A stretch of DNA of 24,000 nucleotides, from assembly GCA_035649475.1 (NCBI GenBank), contig DASRJM010000247.1, positions 9,046 through 33,045 on the forward strand. The letters run 5' to 3'. This DNA is from Acidimicrobiales bacterium (GTDB lineage Bacteria > Actinomycetota > Acidimicrobiia > Acidimicrobiales > VFJN01). The notes under the pieces are model-generated. The model was not told the DNA's origin. It was given only the letters and a program-made list of their open reading frames with translations, and searched no databases. The stretch's first letter is position 1; each line of letters opens with the position of its first letter. Positions 15,396 to 22,364 of this stretch are shown piece after piece. Made by a program: the position numbers and the translations under genes.

Positions 15396-15403
15396 CCGCG
15401 CCG

Positions 15404-16051
15404 GTGCCAGCGACGACCTCCGCGGCGGTGATCGTTCCGGTCAAGGCGTTCAGCGCGGCCAAGGTCCGCCTGGCGGGCGCGCTGGACCCCGGGGAGCGGG
15501 CCGCGCTCGCCCGCCACATGGCCGAGATCGTCCTGCTGGCGGCCGCCCCGCTGCCGGTCGTGGTCGTGTGCGACGACGACGAGGTCCGGTCCTGGGCCGA
15601 GCGGTCGGGCGCCCGGGTGGTGTGGTGCCCGGGACGCGGGCTCAACGGCGCGGTGGCCGACGGGGTGGCGGCGGTGGCCGCCGACGGCGTCGAGCGGGCG
15701 GTCGTGGCCCACGCCGACCTGCCGCTCGCCACGCGGCTCGAGTGGGTGGCCGACTTCCCCGGCGTGACCCTCGTCCCTGACCGCCGCCTCGACGGCAGCA
15801 ACGTGGTCGGTGTGCCGACGGGCGCCGGCTTCGCCTTCTCCTACGGCGCCGGGTCGTTCGACCGCCACCGGGCCGAGGCGGCCCGCCTGGGCCTGGCGGC
15901 CCGCCTCGTGCGGGACGCGGCGCTGGCATGGGACGTGGACCTGCCGGCCGACCTGGCCTTCCCTGGCGCCGCAGGGCTGGCGGCCGGCGACAGGGCCGTG
16001 CCCGGCGACGCCGTGGACCGGGCCGAGCCGGTCGCCCAGCGGTCGTCGTGA
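15404..16051 (+). CDS. cofC: Phosphoenolpyruvate/2-phospho-L-lactate guanylyltransferase (F420 biosynthesis)
   Basis: 215 aa. The N-terminus AVIVPVKAFSAAKVRL is typical of CofC/FbiD, with GLNGAV and DGSNVV segments. It is divergent from gpsA, as fbiD (Rv2983) is in M. tuberculosis. Confidence 0.85.
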   Translation: MPATTSAAVIVPVKAFSAAKVRLAGALDPGERAALARHMAEIVLLAAAPLPVVVVCDDDEVRSWAERSGARVVWCPGRGLNGAVADGVAAVAADGVERAVVAHADLPLATRLEWVADFPGVTLVPDRRLDGSNVVGVPTGAGFAFSYGAGSFDRHRAEAARLGLAARLVRDAALAWDVDLPADLAFPGAAGLAAGDRAVPGDAVDRAEPVAQRSS

Positions 16052-16788
16052 ACGTCCGGGTCGACCTGCCCACGCCGGCGTCCGCGCTGGCCGTCGGCGC
16101 CCACCCCGACGACGTCGAGTTCGGCTGCGGGGCCACGCTGGCCAAGTGGGCGCGGGCGGGCTGCGTGGTCCACCACCTGATCTGCACCGACGGGTCCAAG
16201 GGCACGTGGGACCCCGACGCCGACGTGGCCCAGCTGGTGGCGCTGCGCCAGGTCGAGCAGCGTGACGCGGCCAAGGCCCTCGGCGCGACCGGCGAGGTGG
16301 CGTTCCTCGGCTGGCCCGACGGCGAGCTCGACTCGGCGGTCCGGCAGCGCTGGCAGGTCGCCTACTGGATCCGCCGGCTCACCCCCGAGGTCGTGCTCGG
16401 CCACGACCCGTGGAAGCGCTACCGGCTCCACCCCGACCATCGCCACGCCGGGTTCCTGACCGTCGACGGCGTGGTGGCGGCCCGCGACCCCCACTTCTTC
16501 CCCGAGCAGGCGCTGCCCCACCACCGGCCCGCTGCGCTGCTGCTGTTCGAGGCGGACGAGCCGGACCATGTCGAGGCGGTCGGGGACGGCGACGTCGAGC
16601 GCAAGCTCGCCGCGCTCGTGAGCCACCGCAGCCAGCTGCGCTCGACGATGTTCGTGGAGGAGGGCTCGGCCCGCTACGAGGAGCAGCTGGCGGCGTTCCG
16701 GGACCGGGTCCGGGACCGCCTGGCCGAGCACGGCGCGCTGGCCGGGATCCCCCAGGGCGAGGCGTTCAAGGCGATCGTCGACCTGTAG
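16048..16788 (+). CDS. PIG-L/LmbE-family deacetylase
   Basis: GTG 16048 within track ORF 15928..16788 overlaps the cofC stop (GTGA). It has the AVGAHPDDVEFGCGATL (AHPDDxE) metal-binding motif and a later HPDHRH. Confidence 0.85.
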   Translation: MNVRVDLPTPASALAVGAHPDDVEFGCGATLAKWARAGCVVHHLICTDGSKGTWDPDADVAQLVALRQVEQRDAAKALGATGEVAFLGWPDGELDSAVRQRWQVAYWIRRLTPEVVLGHDPWKRYRLHPDHRHAGFLTVDGVVAARDPHFFPEQALPHHRPAALLLFEADEPDHVEAVGDGDVERKLAALVSHRSQLRSTMFVEEGSARYEEQLAAFRDRVRDRLAEHGALAGIPQGEAFKAIVDL

Positions 16789-16792
16789 GCGG

Positions 16793-17392
16793 TCAGTTGA
16801 GCGACGGGTGGGCGGGGAAGTTGGCCAGCATCGCCGTCTTGCCGCCCTGGCGGCGCAGCACCGCCCGCCACATCGCCTCGGCGTCGGTCGCGAACACGTC
16901 CCCGGCGTCGGCCGCCACGACCAGCCAGGCGCCCTCGGCCAGCTCGGCCTCCAGCTGGCCGCCGCCCCAGCCCGAGTACCCGGCGAAGAACCGCACGCCG
17001 TCCAACCCCCCGGCCACGTCGTCGGGCCCACGGTGCAGGTCGATCGTCCCCACGTCACCGAGCACGGACGTCCAGCCCGGCAGCTCGCCCGCGTCCTGGC
17101 GGCGGCGGCCCAGCGCCAGCACCCCGTTCTGCTCCACGGGACCGCCCATGTAGAGCACCGGCGGCGTCGCGGCCAGGTCCGCCCACTCGTGGAGGACGGC
17201 GTCCACCTCCAGCTCGGTCGGCCGGTTGAGGACCACGCCGAGGGCGCCCTCGTCGGTGTGCTCGATCATGAGCACGACCGTGCGGTCGAAGTTGGGGTCG
17301 CCGAGCATCGGCTCGGCGATCAGCAGCTTGCCCACCGTGCTGCCGTCAGGTCGGTCGGTGCGGTCGGCGTCGCGGGTCACCACCCACAGCAT
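16793..17392 (-). CDS. YqgE/AlgH-family protein (UPF0301)
   Basis: 199 aa. GKLLIAEPMLGDPNFDRTVVLMIEH..GALGVVLNRP and GYSGWGGGQLEAEL are characteristic of the family. Confidence 0.9.
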   Translation of the reverse strand: MLWVVTRDADRTDRPDGSTVGKLLIAEPMLGDPNFDRTVVLMIEHTDEGALGVVLNRPTELEVDAVLHEWADLAATPPVLYMGGPVEQNGVLALGRRRQDAGELPGWTSVLGDVGTIDLHRGPDDVAGGLDGVRFFAGYSGWGGGQLEAELAEGAWLVVAADAGDVFATDAEAMWRAVLRRQGGKTAMLANFPAHPSLN

Positions 17393-17443
17393 GCCAAGCC
17401 CCGGCGCTGCGCGCGAACCGGTCGCCCACGCGACACTGGCCCG

Positions 17444-17683
17444 GTGGCCGAACCCGAGGCCCCCGCGCTGGCCGACGGCACCTACGACGCCCTGGTGGTG
17501 GACGCCGACGACCGCGGGGACGGCACGATGGGCGTCGAGCTCACGATCGTGGCCGGACCGGCCAGGGGCGAGGTCGTGACGCTCGTGGCCCGGAACCTGC
17601 GCGGCGACCCGCTCGACCTGCTCGGCGTCCCCGCCATGATCACGGTGCGGGACGGGTCACCCGCCGTCCGCTTCGAGCGCTGA
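17444..17683 (+). CDS. Small hypothetical protein (79 aa)
   Basis: GTG 17444 lies in the frame of track ORF 16808..17683. By hand count only 3 of 79 codons end in A/T, which is a strong coding signal here. No recognisable motif. The start is uncertain. Confidence 0.55.
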   Translation: MAEPEAPALADGTYDALVVDADDRGDGTMGVELTIVAGPARGEVVTLVARNLRGDPLDLLGVPAMITVRDGSPAVRFER

Positions 17684-18103
17684 GGGTGCCAGCGCCTCGC
17701 GGAGGCGAGCCGCCACGCCGGCGGCCTCGGCGTCGTCCGCGTACCGGCCCCGAGGCCAGAAGAACCCCCGCAGCCCGTCCTTGGGGTTGCGCGGCACGAC
17801 GTGGGTGTGGAGGTGGGGCACGCTCTGGCTGATCCGGTTGTTCAGGGCCACGAACGACCCGGCGGCGCCCAGCGCCTCCTCCATGGCCCGGGCCAGCCGT
17901 TGGGCCCGGGCGAAGTAGGGCCCGACCTCCGGCCCGGGCAGGTCGGCGAGGGTCTCGTGGTGGTGGCGGGGCACCAGCAGCGTGTGGCCGGGGAACAGGG
18001 GGCGCATGTCGAGGAACGCCAGCGTGGCGGCGTCGTCGAGCACGACGTGCGCCGGCAGGCGCCCGGCGACGATCTCGCAGAAGGTGCACGGCCGAGCGGG
18101 CAT
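17657..18103 (-). CDS. HIT-family (histidine triad) protein
   Basis: 148 aa. It has the CTFCEIV N-terminus and the histidine triad VPHLHTHVVP. Confidence 0.9.
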   Translation of the reverse strand: MPARPCTFCEIVAGRLPAHVVLDDAATLAFLDMRPLFPGHTLLVPRHHHETLADLPGPEVGPYFARAQRLARAMEEALGAAGSFVALNNRISQSVPHLHTHVVPRNPKDGLRGFFWPRGRYADDAEAAGVAARLREALAPSALEADGG

Positions 18104-18111
18104 GACGGGTC

Positions 18112-18117
18112 AGCGTA
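18112..18117 (-). promoter_or_regulatory. -10-like hexamer TACGCT, 8 nt upstream of HIT ATG
   Basis: Minus strand reads TACGCT-gacccgtc-ATG. The hexamer and spacing are the same as at cofC. Confidence 0.35.
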
Positions 18118-18131
18118 CGGATCGGACGGGC

Positions 18132-18158
18132 GTTCATCTGTGTGTCTGTGTCATGAAC
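18132..18158. promoter_or_regulatory. Inverted repeat GTTCAT-N15-ATGAAC with (CTGTGT)x2 spacer
   Basis: Read directly from the sequence. The 6-bp arms flank ctgtgtgtctgtgtc. This is the lowest-GC patch of the HIT/phoH2 intergenic region. Confidence 0.35.
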
Positions 18159-18447
18159 AGTTCGTCACGGACCGCCGCGGGTGCCGTCTCGGCGCGTATC
18201 GTCACGTTCCGATGCGCTACCGCCATCCTTCGTGCTCGCTTCCGGGCGATCCGCCCGCGGCAAGGAGCGCGTGAGGTGCGGGCCGCGCATCCTCCACCGT
18301 TCCCCCGGCCGGGGCTGGCCCGGCATCCGCGCCCCCGGCGCGGCCCCGCGCTTGACTGGCCGTCGGTGACACACCCGTCCACGCAGCGCCCGTGCGACCG
18401 GCCGCCAGCCGGCCCGGGGACCGCTGCCCTATCTCCCTGGGGGTTCC

Positions 18448-19779
18448 GTGACCGAATCCGTCCGTGTAGTGGCGCGCGCCGATGACGCCGAGCGCACGTT
18501 CGTCCTCGACACCTCGGTGCTGCTGTCCGACCCGTGGGCGCTCCAGCGCTTCGCGGAGCACCAGGTGGTCATCCCACTCGTCGTGCTCACGGAGCTGGAG
18601 GGCAAGCGCCACCACCCCGAGCTGGGGTGGGCGGCCCGGGAGACACTGCGGATGCTGGAGGACCTGCGCGTCGCCCACGGGTCCCTGCTGCGGCCGATGC
18701 CGGCGAACGAGCAGGGCGGCACGCTGCGGGTCGAGGTCAACCACACGGAGACGGCCGGGTTCCCGGCCTCGCTGAGCCAGGACACCAACGACCACCGCAT
18801 CCTGGCGGTGGGCCGCAACCTGGCCGCGGAGGGCCGGGACGTCACGATCGTCACGAAGGACCTGCCGCTGCGGCTGAAGGCCTCGATCGTGGGCCTGGAG
18901 GCCGACGAGTACCGCAACGAGCTGGCCAGCGACACCAGCTGGACCGGTCTGGCCGGGCTGGACGTCGAGCGGACGATCATCGACACGCTGTTCGCCGAGC
19001 ACTCCGTGGACGTGGCCGACGCCCGGCTGCTTCCCTGCAACACCGGCGTCGTGCTGCACGCCGGCAGCCAGTCGGCGCTCGGCCGGGTCCGCGACGACAA
19101 GCTCGTGCACCTGGCCCGCAGCGACCGGTCCCTGTTCGACGTCCGGGGCCGCTCGGCCGAGCAGCGCATCGCCGTCGACCTGCTGGCCGACCGCGAGGTC
19201 GGCATCGTGTCGCTCGGCGGCCCGGCCGGCACCGGCAAGAGCGTGCTCGCGCTGGCCGCGGGGCTGGAGTCGGTGCTGGAGGAGCGCATCCACACCCGGG
19301 TGATCGTGTTCCGGCCGATCTTCCCCGTCGGTGGCCAGGACCTGGGCTACCTTCCCGGCTCCGAGGCCGAGAAGATGATGCCCTGGGGCGCCGCGGTGAC
19401 CGACGCCCTCGAGGCGATCGCCGGCAAGGAGGTGATCGAGGAGGTCCTCGGCCGGGGCCTGCTCGAGATCCTCCCCCTCACGCACATCCGGGGCCGCAGC
19501 CTCACCGACAGCTTCGTCATCATCGACGAGGCCCAGAACCTGGAGCGGTCGGTGATGCTGACCGCCCTGTCCCGGCTCGGCCAGGGCAGCCGGGTGGTGC
19601 TGACCCACGACGTCGGCCAGCGGGACAACCTGCGGGTCGGCCGCCACGACGGCATCGCCTCGGTCATCGAGACGCTGAAGGGCCACCCGCTGTTCGGCCA
19701 CGTCTCCCTGACCAGGGCCGAGCGCAGCCCCGTGGCCGCCCTGGTCACCAATGTGCTGGACGGTACGGTCCCCCACTGA
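18448..19779 (+). CDS. phoH2: PhoH2: N-terminal PIN-domain RNase fused to a PhoH-like ATPase/helicase
   Basis: 443 aa. The PIN part has [29 protein letters not shown] and [12 protein letters not shown]. The PhoH part has Walker [10 protein letters not shown], Walker [10 protein letters not shown] and LTHDVGQRD. Confidence 0.9.
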   Translation: MTESVRVVARADDAERTFVLDTSVLLSDPWALQRFAEHQVVIPLVVLTELEGKRHHPELGWAARETLRMLEDLRVAHGSLLRPMPANEQGGTLRVEVNHTETAGFPASLSQDTNDHRILAVGRNLAAEGRDVTIVTKDLPLRLKASIVGLEADEYRNELASDTSWTGLAGLDVERTIIDTLFAEHSVDVADARLLPCNTGVVLHAGSQSALGRVRDDKLVHLARSDRSLFDVRGRSAEQRIAVDLLADREVGIVSLGGPAGTGKSVLALAAGLESVLEERIHTRVIVFRPIFPVGGQDLGYLPGSEAEKMMPWGAAVTDALEAIAGKEVIEEVLGRGLLEILPLTHIRGRSLTDSFVIIDEAQNLERSVMLTALSRLGQGSRVVLTHDVGQRDNLRVGRHDGIASVIETLKGHPLFGHVSLTRAERSPVAALVTNVLDGTVPH

Positions 19780-19886
19780 GCGGTCCCGCGACCTCCACTG
19801 CTCATCCGCGCGCCCCCGCAGCCCCGAACGGGAGCGAATCGCGCGCTCGTAAGGAGGTTGTGTACCCAAGTTGCAACACGGTGCGC

Positions 19887-19915
19887 CTGACCGGCCCGTC
19901 GCACGTCGATAGGGT
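19887..19915 (+). promoter_or_regulatory. Candidate promoter CTGACC-17nt-TAGGGT for the amino-acid transporter operon
   Basis: The -35-like CTGACC is at 19887-92, followed by an exact 17-nt spacer and TAGGGT (TAnnnT) at 19910-15. This would give a 5' UTR of about 90 nt. Confidence 0.3.
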
Positions 19916-19979
19916 CTCGGGCGCTGGTAGTCCAGCACGGGAAGCCGATGGGGAGGGTCAGGGTGGGCGCGCCGTTGGC

Positions 19980-20007
19980 TCCGACAGCTTTCCGACAAGG
20001 GGGAAAC
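19980..20007 (+). promoter_or_regulatory. Phased direct repeats TCCGACA-n4-TCCGACA-n5-GAAAC (11-bp register)
   Basis: CCGAC at 19981-85, n6, CCGAC at 19992-96, n6, GAAAC at 20003-07. That gives AC-n9-AC-n9-AC, ending 5 nt before ATG 20013. Confidence 0.35.
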
Positions 20008-20012
20008 CCGCA

Positions 20013-21137
20013 ATGTTCCGACGCACACGTGCGTTCACCGTCGCCTCCGCGCTGGTGGTCGCGGGGCTGCTCGGCGCGGCATGCAGCGACGACAGCTCCG
20101 ACGACGACGAGGCCAGCGGGGATGAGGAGTCCGACAGCGGCGCCCAGCCCAGCGGCGGCACGCTGGCTGCGGTCACCGACCGCGGCACCCTCAACTGCGG
20201 CGTCAACAACTCGGTGCCCGGCTTCGGCTTCGAGACCGCGGACGGCGCGTTCGAGGGCTTCGACATCGACTACTGCAAGGCGCTCGCGGCCGCCGTGCTC
20301 GGCGACCCCGAGGCGGTCGAGTACGTGCCCTTGACGCCCGAGCAGCGGTTCCCGTCCCTCGCCAGTGGCGAGATCGACGTCCTGATCCGCAACACGACAT
20401 GGACCTCGACCCGGGACGGCGCCGAGGGCGCGGCCTTCGTCACCACGACGTTCTACGACGGCCAGGCGATGATGGTCCCGGCCGATTCGGGCGTCACGTC
20501 GGTCGACGCCCTGGCGGGCGCCACGATCTGCCTGACCGCGGGCACGACGACCGAGCAGAACCTGGCCGACCGCATGAGCGGCATCCAGCACACGCCGCAG
20601 ACGTTCGAGGAGAACGCGCAGGTGCAGGAGGCCTTCCTCGCCGGCCAGTGCGACGCCTGGACGTCCGATCAGTCCCAGCTGGCCGGCATCCGCTCCAACT
20701 GGCCGGCCGACGCCGGCGGTCCGCAGTCGCTCGTGATCCTCGACGAGGTCTTCTCCAAGGAGCCGCTCGGCCCCGCGGTCGTCGACGGCGACAGCGAGTG
20801 GTACGACGTCGTCAACTGGGTGGTGCTCGCCACCATCGAGGCCGAGGAGCTGGGCATCACCAGCGAGAACGTCGAGCAGATGCTGGAGAGCGAGGACCCG
20901 GCGGTGCGCCGGTTCCTGGGCCAGCCCGTCGACGTCGAGGGCGAGCAGTCGGTTGTCGACCACGGCTTCGGGGTGGACCCCGACTTCACGGTGGACGTGA
21001 TCGGGGCCGTGGGCAACTACGGCGAGATCTACGACCGCAACGTCGGCCCGGACACCCCGCTCCAGGTATCGCGGGAGGGAACGGCCAACGCCCTGTGGAC
21101 CGAGGGTGGTCTGCACTACGCGCCGCCGTTCCGGTGA
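20013..21137 (+). CDS. aapJ: General L-amino-acid ABC transporter substrate-binding lipoprotein (AapJ/BztA type)
   Basis: Internal ATG of track ORF 18534..21137, with AAGGGGGA upstream. Signal peptide MFRRTRAFTVASALVVAGLLGAAC has an LLGAAC lipobox. GTLNCGVNNSVPGFGF, FDIDYCKALAAAVLGD, GEIDVLIRNTTWTSTRD and YDGQAMMV are AapJ-like. Confidence 0.9.
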   Translation: MFRRTRAFTVASALVVAGLLGAACSDDSSDDDEASGDEESDSGAQPSGGTLAAVTDRGTLNCGVNNSVPGFGFETADGAFEGFDIDYCKALAAAVLGDPEAVEYVPLTPEQRFPSLASGEIDVLIRNTTWTSTRDGAEGAAFVTTTFYDGQAMMVPADSGVTSVDALAGATICLTAGTTTEQNLADRMSGIQHTPQTFEENAQVQEAFLAGQCDAWTSDQSQLAGIRSNWPADAGGPQSLVILDEVFSKEPLGPAVVDGDSEWYDVVNWVVLATIEAEELGITSENVEQMLESEDPAVRRFLGQPVDVEGEQSVVDHGFGVDPDFTVDVIGAVGNYGEIYDRNVGPDTPLQVSREGTANALWTEGGLHYAPPFR

Positions 21138-21140
21138 TCG

Positions 21141-22364
21141 GTGGCCGTTGACGTGACCGGGGGAGCGGGCGCGCCCGCTCCCCCGCGCGTCCCCGGGTCC
21201 GGCCGGGGCGGTCGGGCGACCGCCCTGGTCTTCAACGTCCGCCTGCTGCGGATCGTCGGTCAGGTCGCGGCGATCGTGCTGCTGATCGCGCTCGCCGCCT
21301 ACCTGGCCGACAACTACTCGGCCAACATCAGCGAGCGCAACTCCCGCACCGGCTGGGGCTTCCTCGACGAGCCCACCGGCTTCAACATCGCGTTCGAGCC
21401 CGACTTCAGCTCGGGCCAGCCGGTCAAGGACGCGCTGTGGATCGGCATCGTCAACACCGCCGTCGCCGCCGCGGTCGGCATCGTGCTCGCCACGGTCATC
21501 GGCGTGGTCGTGGGCGTGCTGCGGCTGTCCAACAGCTGGGTGTCCCGCAAGGCGTCGACGATCTACGTCGAGGTCGTGCGCAACGTCCCCGTGCTGCTCG
21601 TCATCCTGTTCCTGGCGGCCGGCCTCCAGACGCTGCCCCCGATCGACGACGCCCGCTCGATCGGCGACGTGTTCGTGATCTCCAACCGGGCCATCGCCGT
21701 CATGTCGCCGGTCGCCGGCGACAACCTCGGGCTCTACCTGGTCCTGCTGGTCGCCGGCGTCGTGCTGGCCGTGGCGGTCGGCGCCTGGCGCACCCGGCGA
21801 TCCGCCGCCACCGGTGCCCCCGAGCGCCGCTACCTGTGGTCCGGCGGCACCCTCCTGGCCGTGGCCATCGGCGCCTACTACGCGCTCGGCTCGCCGATCA
21901 CCTGGTCCCACCCCGAGGTCGAGGGCCGCGGCGTGGTCGGCGGCGCGGTGCTGAACATCCCCTTCGTCGCCATCACGCTGGCGCTCGCCGTCTATCACGG
22001 CAGCCACATCGCCGAGATCGTCCGGGGCAGCGTGCAGGCCGTGCCGCACGGCCAGACCGAGGCCGCCACCGCCATCGGGCTCAGCGAGGTCCAGCGGCTG
22101 CGGTTCGTGATCCTGCCCCAGGCGTTCCGCATCGCCGTGCCGCCCACGATCAACCAGCACCTCAGCCTGGTGAAGAACACGTCGCTCGGCATCGCGGTGG
22201 CCTACTCGGACGTGGCTGCCCTCGCGTTCCGGCTCATCGGCTCCTCCCGGGCGCCGGCGCTGCAGATGATCGCCGTGCTGATGGCGATCTACCTGATGTT
22301 CTCGCTCGTGATCTCGTTCCTCATGAACATCGTCAACCGCCGGCTGCAGGTGGTGGAGCGATGA
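21141..22364 (+). CDS. aapQ: Amino-acid ABC transporter permease (AapQ/BztB type)
   Basis: 407 aa, multi-TM. It has [13 protein letters not shown] near the N-terminus and the permease EAA-type loop [30 protein letters not shown] 21141 or in-frame GTG 21153 could be the start. Confidence 0.9.
   Translation: MAVDVTGGAGAPAPPRVPGSGRGGRATALVFNVRLLRIVGQVAAIVLLIALAAYLADNYSANISERNSRTGWGFLDEPTGFNIAFEPDFSSGQPVKDALWIGIVNTAVAAAVGIVLATVIGVVVGVLRLSNSWVSRKASTIYVEVVRNVPVLLVILFLAAGLQTLPPIDDARSIGDVFVISNRAIAVMSPVAGDNLGLYLVLLVAGVVLAVAVGAWRTRRSAATGAPERRYLWSGGTLLAVAIGAYYALGSPITWSHPEVEGRGVVGGAVLNIPFVAITLALAVYHGSHIAEIVRGSVQAVPHGQTEAATAIGLSEVQRLRFVILPQAFRIAVPPTINQHLSLVKNTSLGIAVAYSDVAALAFRLIGSSRAPALQMIAVLMAIYLMFSLVISFLMNIVNRRLQVVER

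Noticed and set aside
18300-18345. 6C-type small RNA (C-rich loops) upstream of phoH2
   Set aside because: There is only one short hairpin, with a 3-nt CCC loop, plus a GC palindrome. This does not resemble the two-hairpin structure with 6 or more C residues per loop, and the genomic context is not the known one.
18134-18382. 82-aa minus-strand and 62-aa plus-strand (18181..18369) ORFs in the HIT/phoH2 spacer
   Set aside because: The translations are Arg/Gly-rich low-complexity strings. There is no SD or -10 signal and no codon bias comparable to neighbouring genes.
19860-20012. In-frame GTG 19860 just after AAGGAGG as an extended aapJ start (and the whole track ORF 18534..21137)
   Set aside because: By hand count 17 of the 51 extension codons end in A/T, which is non-coding-like. 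The extension would bury the lipoprotein signal peptide 51 residues inside the protein, and the SD-to-GTG spacing is only 2 nt.
19916-20012. Possible riboswitch or T-box in the ~90-nt leader of the amino-acid transporter
   Set aside because: I could not match it to any riboswitch core I know (glycine, lysine, glutamine, SAM, TPP, ZTP, c-di-GMP). Only a small GCUGG-uagu-CCAGC hairpin (19923-19936) is evident. It needs an Infernal/Rfam scan to be sure.
19347-22160. 937-aa minus-strand ORF antisense to phoH2, aapJ and aapQ
   Set aside because: It spans three well-supported plus-strand genes and an intergenic region. Its translation is low-complexity with no motifs.
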